A stretch of DNA of 64,000 nucleotides from Sphyrna mokarran (lineage: Eukaryota), in assembly GCA_024679065.1 (NCBI GenBank), contig JAGIQG010000010.1, positions 82,646,001 through 82,710,000 on the forward strand, written 5' to 3'. The translations under genes and the position numbers were made by a program. Positions 26,458 to 39,134 of this stretch are shown piece after piece. Positions within the stretch are counted from its first letter, which is position 1. Every line of letters begins with the position of its first letter. The notes under the pieces were generated by a model, which was not told the DNA's origin, searched no databases, and saw only the letters and a program-made list of their open reading frames with translations.

Positions 26458-26820
26458 ATTTTTAAAATTTATTCACTCGTGGAATGTAGGTATCGCTGGC
26501 TGAGACAGCATTAATTGCCCATCCCAAATTGTCATTCAACTGAGTGCTTGCTCGGCCATTTAAGAGCCAATCACATCGTTATGGGTCTGGAGTCACATGT
26601 AGGCCAGACTGGATAAGGACAATCTTCCCTAAAAGACATTAGTGAATTAGATGGGTTTTTACAATCGACAGTAGTTTCACGGTCATCATTAGACTTTTAA
26701 TTCCAGATTTCTTCGTTGAATTCAAATTTCACCGTCTGCCATTGTGGAATTTGAACCTGGGTTCCGAGAGCATTACCCTGGACTCTCTGGATTACTCTCT
26801 CAGTGATAATACCACAGTCA
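26458..26820 (-). mobile_element. tRNA-derived SINE with LINE-derived 3' end
   Basis: Same family as 18316-18700. Confidence 0.82.
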
Positions 26821-26929
26821 CGGGCTCATGAAAAGTTTTGGATGTCCTAAGGACACGAAAGATGTTCTGGAAATGCTATACTTTATTTTTTTCTCTTGTC
26901 TTTTGTCAATTAGAATAACATTATTCTAT

Positions 26930-28506
26930 GGTTTGAAGGGTTTGAAGTTGGATAAGTCCCCTGGGCCGGACGGGATTTACCCTAGGATTCTCTGGGAGGC
27001 AAGAGAGGAGATTGCAGAGCCTCTGGCTCTGATCTTCAGGTCCTCGTTGGTTACGGGTGTGGTTCCGGAGGACTGGAGGATGGCGAATGTGGTCCCATTG
27101 TTTAAGAAGGGGAAGAGAGACCTTCCTGGGAATTATAGGCCAGTGAGTCTTACTTCTGTGGTGGGCAAGGTATTGGAGAGAATTATTAGGGATAGGATTT
27201 ATAGTTATTTAGAGAGAAATGAATTGATTGGGGATAGTCAGCATGGTTTCATGAAGGGTAGGTCATGCCTTACTAACCTCATTGAGTTTTTTGAGAAAGT
27301 GACCAGAGAGGTGGATGGGGGTAAGGCGGTTGATGTAGTATATATGGACTTTAGTAAGGCTTTTGATAAGGTGGCCCATGGAAGACTTCTACAGAAAATG
27401 CAGATGTGTGGAATAGAGGGTGATTTAGCTAATTGGATTAGAAATTGGCTGGCAGATAGAAGACAGAGGGTGGTGGTTGATGGGAGATATTCATCGTGGA
27501 GTTCGGTGACGAGTGGTGTGCCTCAGGGGTCTGTTTTGGGGCCCCTGCTGTTTGTAATTTTTATAAATGATCTGGATGAGGGTATTGAGGGATGGATCAG
27601 TAAATTTGCAGATGATACTAAAGTTGGTGGTGTGGTAGATAGTGAAGAGGGGTGTTTTAGTTTACAGAGTGACTTGGACAAGTTGCAGAGCTGGGCCGAG
27701 AGGTGGCAAATGGAGTTTAATGTGGAAAAGTGTGAGGTAATGCACTTTGGCAGGAACAATAAATGTGTAGAGTATAGGGCTAATGGTAGGGCTCTTAATA
27801 GTGTTGAGGAACAGAAGGATCTTGGTGTATGTGTCAATAGATCCCTGAAAGTAGGCAGTCAAGTGGATAAAGTTGTTAAGAAGGCATATGGAGTCTTAGC
27901 TTTTATTGGTAGGGGGATTGAATTTAGGAGCCGCAGCATCATGTTGCAGCTGTACAAAACTCTAGTGCGGCCGCACTTGGAGTATTGTGTGCAGTTCTGG
28001 TCGCCACATTATAAGAAAGATGTGGAGGCATTGGAGAGGGTACAGAGGAGGTTTACCAGGATGTTGCCTGGTATGGAGGGCAGGTCCTATGAAGAGAGGT
28101 TGAAGGATTTGAGGTTGTTTTCGTTAGAAAGGAGGCGGCTAAGGGGGGATCTTATTGAAGCATATAAGATGATTAGAGGTTTGGATAGGGTGGACAGTGA
28201 TAGCCTTTTTCCTAGGATGGAGAAAGCTAGCACGAGGGGACACAGCTTTAAATTAAGGGGTATGAGTTATAGGACGGATATCAGAGGTAGGTTCTTTACT
28301 CAAAGAGTGATTAGGGAGTGGAATGCCCTGCCTGCAGCTGTTGTAGATGCGCCAAGTTTGGTGGCGTTTAAGAGGTTAGTTGATAAGTATATGGATGAGA
28401 AGGGAATGGTTTAGTTAGGAGGGGCATTGCTTTTTATTTTGGTCGGCACAACATCGAAGGCCGAAGGGCCTGTTCTGTGCTGTATTGTTCTATGTTCTAT
28501 GTTCTA
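26930..28506 (+). mobile_element. Young 5'-truncated CR1/HER1 LINE
   Basis: Uninterrupted ORF2 RT region, 3'UTR hairpin region gaaggccgaagggcctgttc, and (gttctat)n tail. Confidence 0.98.
26933..28414 (+). CDS. CR1 ORF2 reverse transcriptase, partial (no endonuclease domain)
   Basis: KSPGPDG, NYRPVSLTS, QHGF, DFSKAFDKV, GVPQGSVLGPLLF, FADD, LEYCVQFWSP. The upstream ~35 codons of the listed ORF are flanking DNA. Confidence 0.95.
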   Translation: MKGLKLDKSPGPDGIYPRILWEAREEIAEPLALIFRSSLVTGVVPEDWRMANVVPLFKKGKRDLPGNYRPVSLTSVVGKVLERIIRDRIYSYLERNELIGDSQHGFMKGRSCLTNLIEFFEKVTREVDGGKAVDVVYMDFSKAFDKVAHGRLLQKMQMCGIEGDLANWIRNWLADRRQRVVVDGRYSSWSSVTSGVPQGSVLGPLLFVIFINDLDEGIEGWISKFADDTKVGGVVDSEEGCFSLQSDLDKLQSWAERWQMEFNVEKCEVMHFGRNNKCVEYRANGRALNSVEEQKDLGVCVNRSLKVGSQVDKVVKKAYGVLAFIGRGIEFRSRSIMLQLYKTLVRPHLEYCVQFWSPHYKKDVEALERVQRRFTRMLPGMEGRSYEERLKDLRLFSLERRRLRGDLIEAYKMIRGLDRVDSDSLFPRMEKASTRGHSFKLRGMSYRTDIRGRFFTQRVIREWNALPAAVVDAPSLVAFKRLVDKYMDEKGMV

Positions 28507-28676
28507 TTAATGTCCACTTTAATGGTTACATCAACAATTATATGATTAAAATGATGATTTCATTGAGTCAAAAATACATACTTATTTTAGTTCTGAGGCT
28601 ACTGGTTCAGTAAAGTTCCAGGAATATGGTTCATCACTTGTTTCACTTTGCATACCATATACAATAAACACAAATA

Positions 28677-28985
28677 GAACATAGAAACCCTACAATGTAG
28701 AAAAAGGTCTTTCAACAGATCAACAACAATCCCACCCAGGCCTTATCATCCCACATATTAATCTCACTAATCTACGCATCCCAGGATTCTCAGAGGCAAT
28801 TTACAAAGACCAATCAGTCTAACACACATATCTTTGGAATGTGGGAGAAAACCAGAGCACCTGTAGGAAACCCATGCAGACACAAGGAAAACATGCAAAC
28901 TCCACACAGTTAGTGACCCAAACCAGGAATTGAACCCAGGTGCCTGGAGCTATGAGGCAGAAGTGCTAGCCACTGTGCTACCATG
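28677..28985 (-). mobile_element. HE1 SINE
   Basis: tRNA head, V-domain and ttctatg tail. Confidence 0.88.
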
Positions 28986-29859
28986 TTTTGCAAACAAAAG
29001 AACTGAAATCTCGAGGGCAGTTTCACTTTGGAATATCTCACATATAAAGATTAACACTCAGATGTAATGTTCATTTATTTTTTGATTAGCATTTTCCTTC
29101 TAGTTTCTCTTTGCCTTTTTATATTTTGTCTTCTACCCTATCTTGACACTAAAGGCCTGGATTTTGCAGTCCCAATAGTGGCAAACAAGAGCAGGAAAAG
29201 CATTGTAACTCCCAGCGATCGTAGATATGCTGAAAATCAGAAGTTGTAGTGAACACCAATGGGCTACAGTGGAGAATGCAACACAAATATCACTGGCAAA
29301 ATGTAGATGTGAAAACATTTGGTTTTAAACTCATTAAGAAATCTAGAATTTATTTATACAGAAACAAACCAAATTTGCAGTTTTCGTGCACTCTCCCTCC
29401 CGTTTCACTTCCGCCTGCTCAAAGAAGTTTCTGTGATGCTAAATGTCCATGTCAAAGCTCAAACCACAGTTTACATGTCAACAGCTTCAAATTTTTCCAC
29501 ACAATTAAAATTAATCTCAAGCTTATAATTATAAACAAAAAACTTGGGAGTAATCCAGACATCCGTTTCTCGAGAATTCAGTCCTAAATTTTTAGTTGTT
29601 GGAAGCTTGTGGAGTTGGACAGGCTAAATGAGTATTATGTTTAGCTTCAGCGAGAGTTTTAGCCTCAGAAGGATTTTAGTCTAATCGTACAATTTCTATA
29701 ATTAGTGCTTATTAATATACTCAATGTTTCATTACACAGTGACTACAGTTAAAATACTTCATTTGGTTTCAAACACTTTGCAGAATTTGAAGGTCATGAA
29801 TAGTACATTCTTTTCTTTTTATTTCTGTAGTTTAGACTAACTCTACCTACTTTCTCAAG

Positions 29860-30125
29860 GGGCACACAGTAGCACAGTGGTTAGCACTGCTACTTCAGAG
29901 TGCCAGGGACCTGAGCTCAATTCCTGGTTTGGGTCACTGCCTATGTGGAGTTTGCACCTTCTCCCTATGTCTGCTTGGGCTTCCTCCGAGTGCTTTGGTT
30001 TCTTCCCATATCCTGAAGGGTGTTTTGGTTGGGTGCATTGATCCAGACTATGGTAGTTGGGGGAATTTCATAGTAGCTTCATTGAAGTATCAATGTCATC
30101 CATATTTGTGATGAATAAATAAACT
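29860..30125 (+). mobile_element. HE1/V-SINE with alternative 3' tail
   Basis: gcacagtggttagcactgct...ggggaatttcatagtagcttcattgaagt...aataaa. Confidence 0.82.
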
Positions 30126-30409
30126 TTTTATTTAAAATTAGGTATACAGGTGGCAGTGTGGAATACAATGCATTATTTGTTATAAATCCTTATTTTATCC
30201 AGGGCAACACTGGGAAATTAAATCATTGGAGCATAACTCTGAGCTTGAGAAGAAATTGACTGCACTCTGCAGCATCAGAGAGAATAATGGGTGTTTGTCT
30301 CAAGCTCTCTAGAGCGTGATCACCCAAGAGGGAGTGTTCGATAATTCCAACACAAACAGTGTAAAGAGAGGATGAGTGAGAGACAAATGGAGGGAAACAC
30401 ATAAAATTA

Positions 30410-30700
30410 CTATAGTGCAGAAGGAGGCTATTTGACTCGTTGAACATGCACTGACATCAATCCCACCCACGTCCTATCTCTATAACCTCACGTATTTACC
30501 CTGCTAATTCCCTTGACGCTAAGGGGCAACTTGGCATGGCCAATCCACCAAACCTACGCATATTAGGACTGTGGGAGGAAACCCATGTAAGCATAGAGAG
30601 AATGTGTAAACTCTGCATTGACAGCAGCCCGAGGCCAGAATTGAACCCAAGTCCCTGCTGCTGCGAGGCAGCATTGCTAACCTCTTTGCCACTGTGCCGC
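30410..30700 (-). mobile_element. HE1 SINE
   Basis: Reverse-complement head gcggcacagtggcaaagaggttagcaatgctgcctcgcag and V-domain. Confidence 0.88.
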
Positions 30701-30934
30701 TCTAGTTAAGCAAAACTCAAAACTGGAGAGTCTCTGAATACTGTCCAAGGCATACTTGATTTTCAATAAGGCCAAGATTGACAGTGAGAATGAGAGAAAG
30801 AGAAGATGGTGCAAGATTATGAAATTATGGAGAAAGGCACTAATGGAGGATCAGAAGCAGATGAACTAAATTCCATGGAAAACTATCAATATTCAGAGAA
30901 AATTGAAACCTAAGGAAGGGGCATAGCAACAGCA

Positions 30935-31330
30935 ACTTGCATTTACATAGCATATTTCAATGTAGTAAAATGTCCCAATGTTTCACAAGGACGTTATCAG
31001 ACAGAATTTGCCATTGAGCCATAGAAGGGAATTGTAGGACAGTTGACCAAAAGCTCAGTCAACAAGGTAACTTCCAAATAAGCATCTTAGTGGAAGGAAA
31101 ACAATGTCAGACGTTTATGGAAGGAATTTCAAGTTGTAGGCTAAGGTGATTGAAGGTACAGCAGAAAATGATAGAGTGTTGAAAATCAAGGAAGTGAAAG
31201 AGGCCAGAACTGAAGCAAAGTAAAGATCTTGCAGGATTGCAGTGTTGAAGGAGATACTAGACAGGAAATGGAGAGGCCAGAGAGGGATTTACGAGAGTGA
31301 TAATTTCAAAATCAAGATGATGAAGAGAAA
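30935..31330 (-). mobile_element. Old L2-type LINE 3' fragment
   Basis: acttgcatttacatagc...aatgtcccaa...ttatcagacagaatttg...gaccaaaagct...ggaatttcaag, purine-rich on the + strand. Confidence 0.6.
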
Positions 31331-32929
31331 AAGAATCGCGATTGGTATTTTTCAGAACCTAAAATGGCAAATTTAACAGCTGGCAGAGGAGGAACAATTC
31401 AGCAGGAGGCGAAAAATTCGGTTCCCATCAGCGTAAAATAATGACAGAAACATGTGTCCACACTCAATATGGTAGGTGGGTCACCATTCCCAACAGAAGC
31501 TGACATGAAACCATTTTGCATCCCACTAATGGAATGCAGATGAAGGTGTTGAATATCTGGGTATAAGCAACACTAGGCACTATTGTCGACTTGGGTACAA
31601 ACAAAGCTAGGCACTGTGAGTACTCAAACTTCCAAGCTTTAATTACTTGCTAGCAAAGAGAACACATGTTGAATGCAATGCACTACAAGGTGTTCTTATT
31701 CATAGACAATGTAGCAATTATAGTTCACTGTATCCTGTTTTTTGGAATTTTATTATTGAAAGGGTCCTTTATCATCCTATGGCCAAGATTTAGATTAGTT
31801 GTCTATCCTGAGTACACAAATGCTAGCCTCACTGAAGACCTTACTTCCATATTTGCTGACAGAGGTGCCTACCTTTGCTGTTATAATTTATTTCCTCACC
31901 AGCATCTACATTTTTTAATTGCTCTTAATTATGGTTTTGCAAATCTCAGCAACCCAGCTTTATTTGGAGTAAGCATCCTTTGTCTTGCAGAAAAAAGTGA
32001 ATTAATTATTTGGCCACAACTTAATTTGTGTAATTTGTTGGAATTACAACTTAATTTCTACAAAGATCCAACCGGAATTGTTTTCTCTGCCCAATCATCT
32101 GCCCCCTTAGTCAGTTTTCACGTGAGTCCAGAGCGTTTCTGGATCAACATGGCATACAAATGTTGGATTTACCTGAAAAATGGCCTGGATGCTATCTGGA
32201 GATCAGAATTGAAGCTAGAGGCTTCCAACAGTCAGACCCTGGAACATCTCATGCAGTAGTGGGTGAGAGGAGTATTAATGATGTAGATTCTATCTTCAGA
32301 ATCTCCAAGGAGATAATCTTCACGCACTGTTCAGCCAGCTTGACACACAAAATATTGGGAAACCTATAGCTACATAATTAATTAGGCCAGAGTCACGCAA
32401 TGGGGCAGTGGGAAACTCTCCCTGCTCCAGATCCTGCCATGGAACTTCGTCCCACGCTGGAAAATTACACTTAAGGAATTCCGCTTAAGGTTCCAGAGTT
32501 CTGCGCCATTATCTTTCAACTTTATAAGTACAAAAATCATTCCTTTCCAAAGAAAACATGTCATTAAATCCATACTATTTACTTCACCCGAATTATAATG
32601 TATTTTATTACTTGTGTAGTGTTGGCAATTCAAACTAATTTTGCAAAAGTTGCATTTCCATGATCTAAATCTTCAGGGAATCGTTGATGTGATCTCATGT
32701 GCTTACAAAAATTGTTTGAAAATAAATCCAGGCAATCTGTTAGCAATATTGTGTGTTGGGTTTAATTGACACCAAAAGTTGCTAAAACTTTGACAAAATC
32801 CTAAATATAATCACACAATGTTGTAGGCACGCAGGAAAACACAATACGTATCTCCAGCTGTTTATATTTTATAAGATATAGGGCAAATTTTCCCATTTTT
32901 ACTCCAAGTACTGGTGGATACAAGGAAAC

Positions 32930-33580
32930 CAGTGTGTGGCTCACCGGCCTGTAGTTCACCAGTGTATAGCTCAGCAGCGTATAGACCACTGGCGTTTAAC
33001 TCACCCAGCTTGCAGCTCACCGGCATGTAACTCAAGGGTGTGTAGATTACCAGTGTGTAGCTCACCTGCGTGTTGCTTACTGGTGTGCAACACACTGGTG
33101 TGTAGCTTACCGGCATGTAGCTCACTCACGTGTTATTCACCAGTGTGTAGCTTACCCATGTGTAGCTCTCCAGTGTGTAGCTCACCTGTATGTATCTCAC
33201 CAGTGTGTAACTGATTGGTGTGCAGCTCATCAACGTGTAGCTCACCAGCATGTAGCTCACCAGTGTGTAGCTCACTTATATATAGCTCACCAGTGTGTAG
33301 CTCACTAATGTGTCGCTTACTAGTGCGTAACTTACCTGTGTGTAGTTCGCCAATGTGTAGTTTACCCGCATGTAGCTCTCCAGTGTGTAGCTCATTGGTA
33401 CGTAGCTCACTGGTGTATAGCTTACCCATGTGTAGCTCACCAGTGTGTCGCTTACTCATGTGTAACTCACCAGTGTGTGGCTCACTCATGTGTAACTCAC
33501 CAGTGTGTGGCTTACTGGTGTGTAACTCACCCGAGTATAGCTCACCGTCATGTAGCTCATGGGTGTGTAGCTCACCGGCT
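32930..33580. repeat. 15-bp minisatellite (consensus gtgtagctcaccagt), about 43 imperfect units
   Basis: Visible periodicity. Translates as (CSSPV)n on + and (GELHT)n on -. Confidence 0.97.
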
Positions 33581-34032
33581 GCACAGCCAACTTTCCTTAT
33601 CACATTGTGCAGAACCCTGTGCAAAATGAAATGACGGAATGGCTCACACTATCGACCTGATGGAGTTGGGTTGGAAAAAGTCAGCAATACAAGGAATTGG
33701 GAATCCTGAAATTGGGATAGGTGCCCCAAGTCAATCTCTGATTAAAAAAAAAATCAGGAATCCCCTTCCCCTCATGAAGAATCACCCCCACCCCACCCTA
33801 CTCCCTCCAACCTCCATGGATATGGGAGAATCGCCCCCCATCCCCAGATAAGGGGAAACTCTCTCCAATGGAGTGCCCCAGAGTGCCGGCCTGGCACTGT
33901 CTCATGACACTGTTCTGCGACAGTACCAGGGATTGTGCCAAGGTGCCAGGTGCAATGCCAGAGGCAGTTTCAAGGGGCAGTGCAAGAGCACCAGTGGATA
34001 GTGCCAGTGGACAGTGTCACCAGTGCTGTTCA

Positions 34033-34235
34033 TTGAAGACATGGCTGCTCAGAGTTATGAGGAATCCATAGATTGACGCACCTACCACGAGGGACACCAC
34101 TGAGCAGAGCACTGGGTTGTTGAAGAGGAGATTCCGGTTCCTTGACTGATGCAGTGGATCCCTTCAGTATGGCCCAGTGTGGCTCTCTCATTTCCTGGTG
34201 CTCTGTCGTACTTTGCACAATGTTGCAGAGGATAG
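34033..34235 (+). pseudogene. Harbinger/HARBI1-like DDE transposase C-terminal remnant
   Basis: LKTWLLRVMRNP*IDAPTTRDTTEQSTGLLKRRFRFLD*CSGSLQYGP...VLCRTLHNVA matches the Harbinger motifs R..IE..IG.LK.RFRCL...GG.LQY.P and C..LHN. Two stops. Confidence 0.85.
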
Positions 34236-35879
34236 TGAGACCTTGCATCATGGGATGGCATTGATTGCCTATTAGGGAAGATGTGGGGGCAGGTGGCTCA
34301 GCATGAGGAACCTCTCATACTAGGCATGAGAGGCATTGAGAGATGGACAAGGGAAGCTAGTGACAGGGGGGTTTTCTTGAGGATATGTATTACTAAACTT
34401 AGCTTAATACAGAGACTCATGAAACTCAGTGTACTGATATTAGGACCTGATTGTATTAACCAAACGATCGAATGGGAGAATGATATAAAGCAGCCTAGCA
34501 TTTAAGCTAGAGAATGTGGGCTCTGAAAAGCAATGTCTCCAGAAGCAATTACAGATTTTCAAAATCATATAGCCCACCTTTCCACCGGGCATAATCCAGA
34601 AAATATTAATGCAAATCAGTCAGTAATCATCATGTCATTAACTCCAGCCAATAACAAAATGCACCCTGACATCATGGGATCTCATTTGTCATTAATTATG
34701 GACATTGCCTTCTGTTGCCCAGCAACACAGCACGCTGGACAGTGAGACTGGAGAATGAATCCCACCATCCCAAACCCATGTGACTCCATTCCAACATGGA
34801 GAAATCCCTTACGTCTTCCTTGCACTTGTGTTATCAGCATCTCTCCCCACATCCTCCCTGTCAGCTCATTGAAGACATAACTGCTCAGAGTTGTGAGGAA
34901 TCCTCACCGAGTTACACACACAGGGACACCTGTGTTAGTGGCTTGGAATTGTTTATTTCTATTCATCAAACTGGCATTGGTAGCCATCTTGTTCCCGACA
35001 GCTGCTAATAATGTAGCCAAACTCAGTTGAACTATTGTCCTCTGGAATGCAGGCCCTATCTCCTGCCTCATCCCATCAAGCCCTGCTTGCATTTTGCCAT
35101 TGGCGGAAGCTTCACAAAAAGCAAGCTGCATCCATTCATAAATTCAAAATACATGTGTGAAATGAGGAATGCTTGTCATTCCTTCAGAGCTATGTTCCAT
35201 AATGACAATCTTTTTGTCAGCATCTCCATAGCCTAAAATCATTCATTCTTTGGTATTATATTTGTGTGGTTAAACGCATGATTCTGTGTTTTATTAACCT
35301 AATTTAGCCCTCCTACATCAGGGCCGTGACTTTCCTGTGACCTTGATGCCTTTTCACTGTCAGTGCAACAAAAATGCACTTAATCTGAACTGACTGTTAC
35401 CTTTGCTCTTTTGCACTCCATCTCCACGCCACTGTGCTGACACAGGCTATACTGAGTCTATCCCTGAACTGGGAGCACACTGATGGAGCAATGGAGCAGG
35501 TGACACCTAACATGGCAGCAAGAAAATACAGGGATGACTAACAGCATTAACTGAGACATTGGTTTCTGCATACCACTCTATCAGATTTTAACAATTCAGT
35601 GCAAAGCTTAAACACTGTGAACTCCAAGTGCTTCCAGATTCTCTTCTGAACTCACTTGCAGGTTCATGCGCAACCTCTGCACTTGCAGCTGTGGTTCAGG
35701 CAGTCCCCTGACCAGGATGCAGGCTGTCATTCAGAATACTGGAGCTGGAGTCACTACCAGAGAGGCTGGGGAGGCGCTGCCTACATTTACAGTTCCTTCA
35801 GAATCCTAAATGTTCATGCGGGATCACTTCTCATTCTTCTAAGCTCCAAGAAATTAAAGTCCAATTTGCTGAACCTTTC

Positions 35880-36950
35880 ATAGGAACAAAGATATTGGGA
35901 GCAGAATTAGCCAAATTCAGGCCTTTGAGCCTCTCATGCCATTCTATCAGATCATGGCTGATCTCCCACTGGTCTCAAGTCCACGTCTCCACCTGTTCCC
36001 CATATCCCTCTTCCCCTTTTTTTTTGTTAGAAATATATCCATCTCCTGTTTGAAAGCATTCAGTGATTCAGACTCCACAGCACTATGGGGCAGCGAATTC
36101 CACCACTCTCTGTGAGAAGTAGTTCCTCCTGATCTTAGTTTTAATCTATCATTCCTCAATCTCCACCTGTGGCCTCTTGTTCTAGGTTGTCCCATAAGAG
36201 GACACATTTGGCATACATTTACTTCATTAATCCTTTTTAAAACGTTATATGCCTCAAACAGATCCCCTCTTATCCTTCTAAACTCCAGTGAGTACAAGCC
36301 CAAATTCGTTCATCTCTTCCCACACGTTAATCCTTTTATCCCCAGAGTTAATCCAGTGAACCTCCTCTGAACTGTCTCCAGTGCCATCATATCCTTCAAA
36401 TTAGGAGACAAAAACTGGGCCCAGCGCTCCAAATGCAATCTCATCAACACCCTTTACAATTTCAATAGCACTTCTTTACTTTTGTACTCCAGTCCTTTTG
36501 CAACAAGTATCAACATCCCATTTGCCTTTTTTATTATGTGCTATACCTGCATACCAACCTTCTGTGGTTCATGAACACAGACACCCAGATCCCTCTGCCT
36601 TGACACATTTTAAATCTGCTTTTCATTAGGTAATAATTTGCCTTTCCATTTTTTTCTGCCGAAATGGACAACCTCACACTTATTCACATTAAACTCCATC
36701 TGCCAAATTTTGGCCCATTTGCCGAGCCTTTCTCTTTCTGTCTGTAGAATCTTGATATCCTGTTCACTGCCTGCTTTCCCACCTATTTCATCATAGAACA
36801 ACTCTTACATCCCCAGGGATTTATTTAGTGAACCTTCCCTGCATTTCCTCCAGTGCAAGTATTCCCTTTCTGAAGCATAGAGACAAGAGATACAGACATT
36901 ATTCCTGATGTGACTTCACCACAACCCTATACAAATGAAGCAAGAATTCC
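35880..36950 (-). mobile_element. CR1 LINE fragments
   Basis: ORFs GLYSLEFRRIRGDLFEAY...TRGH and WAKIWQMEFNVNKCEVVHFGRK. Confidence 0.93.
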
Positions 36951-37730
36951 TTGTCAGTATGATTTGCTTTTGCATTTATTGGCACAGCACAAAGCATCTC
37001 TGCCACTGAGCCTCGAATCACCAGCAGATTCCATGGACCCTTGTTGGCAAGGAATATGAGGTGAGGTTCCTTGTTGCCAATGGGCTATTTGACTGTGCTA
37101 AGTCTTGACACCTCACCCCCATGATTGAGATGGGGCCTAGCATGGCTTGTTTCCAGGCTGATCTTGGACCACCCCAGTTTCGATGCTGGCTGCTTTTGCT
37201 CTATTTTGGCTTTTTCCATCGCTGGTGAGTTTTTCCAGCATTTTATGTTTTTATTTCAGATTCCCAGCCTCTGTTGAGTTTTGCTTTTGCGTTACCATGG
37301 AAATCCCAGCTCTTTGAAGCGAAACAGTTGTGCAAGTTTTCAAAAAAATCGTAAATGTAGACAACACAAATGTAGAACCAGTCAACCCATATGCCTGCGA
37401 GCTGTCCAATTAATTCTCAACTATCCAACCCTGTGGCCTGGCACATGTTTCCTTTTCAACTACATATTCGATTCACTATTGAAAAGTATAATTGAATCTG
37501 CTGGCACTCTGACACTCAAAGAAACTGCAATGTTAATTACTAAGTACTATAACAACAGAGATAGCTTTAATACTAGAATATTAACTCCAGCAACTCAAAT
37601 AAAAATTAAAAATGATATAGTCTAAATATCTTAATCTTTGTTGACCTTTTTTTCGACATCTGTCCCATTTCTACCTTTGCCATTTCTCTCCTTTCCTTTT
37701 GAAAGTTGAACTTGTAATAAGAACAAAGAT

Positions 37731-38110
37731 GTGATTTGATTTGATTTATTATTGTCACATGTATTAACATAGAGTGAAAAGTATTGTTTCTTGTGAGGTA
37801 TAGAGACAAAACATACCATTCATAGAGAAGGAAATGAGAGAGTGCAGAATGTAGTGTTACAGTCTTAGTTATGGTGTAGAGAAAGATCAACTTAATGCAA
37901 AGTAAGTCCATTAAGAAGTTAGGCAGCAGCAGGAAAGAAACTGTTCTTGTGTTGATTGGTACGTGACCTCCGACTTTTGTATCTTTTTCCCAATGGAAGA
38001 AGGTGGAAGAGAGAATGCCCGGGGTGCATGGTGTCCTTAATTATACTGCCTGCTTTGCCGAGGCAGCAGGAAGTGTAGGCAGAGACAATGGATGGGAGGC
38101 TGGTTTGAAT
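37731..38110 (-). mobile_element. Rex1/Babar-type LINE 3' end
   Basis: SIIKDTMHPGHSLFHLLPLGKRYKSRRSRTNQHKNSFFPAA. Near-copy of 16339-16800. Confidence 0.85.
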
Positions 38111-38420
38111 AAAGAATAAAGAAAATTGCAGCACAGGAACAGGCCTGCACCAACAATGTGCCCAACTACACTAAAACCCACTACTCTCCTGGGGACCATA
38201 TCCTTCTATTCCTATCCTTTACATGCATTTGTCAAGATGTCCCTTAAAAGTCACAATCGGATCTGTTTCCATTATCTCCCTTGGCAGCAAGTTCCAGGCA
38301 CCCACCACTCTGTGTAAAAATGTGCCTTGTACATCTCCTTTAAACCTTGCCCTTCGCACCTTAAACTTATGCCCCCTAGTAATTGACTTTTTCACCCTGG
38401 GAAAAAGCTTCTGAATATCC
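38110..38420 (-). mobile_element. CR1 LINE 3' fragment
   Basis: KLFPRVKKSITRGHKFKVR...RVVGAWNLLP. Confidence 0.9.
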
Positions 38421-38424
38421 AACG

Positions 38425-38653
38425 ATTTTAATGAGGTCCACAAGATAGACTTGTTAAAATATGAGTTCCCTGATTGAAGCAATTAATGCTGGCCTACCCG
38501 AGAGCCTTGCAGAGATATATAATGTGGAGTGTCTAGGTTACCGATAATCAGGGTGTATACTCTGTACTGGGAGAGACCTGTCTGAGTATTACTAACTATT
38601 GTAAATAAATCTGGATTTGGTGAGGGGATACCAGCCTTGTGGGACTTATTTCA
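38425..38653 (+). mobile_element. Possible solo LTR
   Basis: Short unit with tatataa, downstream aataaa and terminal ...ttatttCA. The 5' TG end and TSD are not established. Confidence 0.35.
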
Positions 38654-39134
38654 GAACTTTATTTCTCTTTTCCTATTGGAACCATTCCAACCCTCTTGCA
38701 TTAAGTTTAAATGAATTCATTTACCTTTTGTTTCTGGCCGCCTTCCCCACATCATGTATTTTTTTTGGTGGGAGAAGCTTCGAAATTGATTGATTACATA
38801 ACTCCAAAGACCAGTTTGTCAATGTAGTTGGGTCAGCAAGTAGATCAACCTTTTCTCATGTTCAAATAGAAATGACAGTTCACTCATGACTATTACCAAA
38901 TACGGATACTATTACCAGGAATAAACCTGTTCAGCTCAACCCATGTATTTTCATTTTTTTATACAGATGTATGACTCAGCACTATTCAAGCACAGACTCT
39001 AGAATCTACAAGAAGGCCCTAAATAATCTCAACAGAACTTGTTTAAATGTTGCAACTGGTTGGGAGCTTCCAGCATCAATTGAAATTTGAACTGAGAAAT
39101 TAAATGGGAAACTAAATGAGCAGATATCACAGAT

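Larger units (their letters stand above)
32881..34765 (+). mobile_element. Internally deleted PIF/Harbinger DNA transposon
   Basis: Left end gggcaaattttccc, gtgcca-rich interior as in 22265-23328, transposase remnant at 34033-34235. The right boundary is uncertain. Confidence 0.6.

Noticed and set aside
26828-26932. N-terminal extension of the 528-aa ORF as a host-TE fusion gene
   Set aside because: It is chance read-through from a decayed SINE tail and flank into the truncated CR1.
31666-32259. 197-aa hydrophobic ORF
   Set aside because: No recognisable domain. Composition is typical of AT-rich non-coding DNA and it overlaps decayed repeat-like sequence.
32862-33634. ORFs with (CSSPV)n, (GELHT)n and (VSYTP)n repeats resembling keratin-associated or His-rich proteins
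   Set aside because: A 15-bp unit automatically leaves several frames open on both strands. No signal peptide, splice or promoter evidence, and the array lies inside a transposon.
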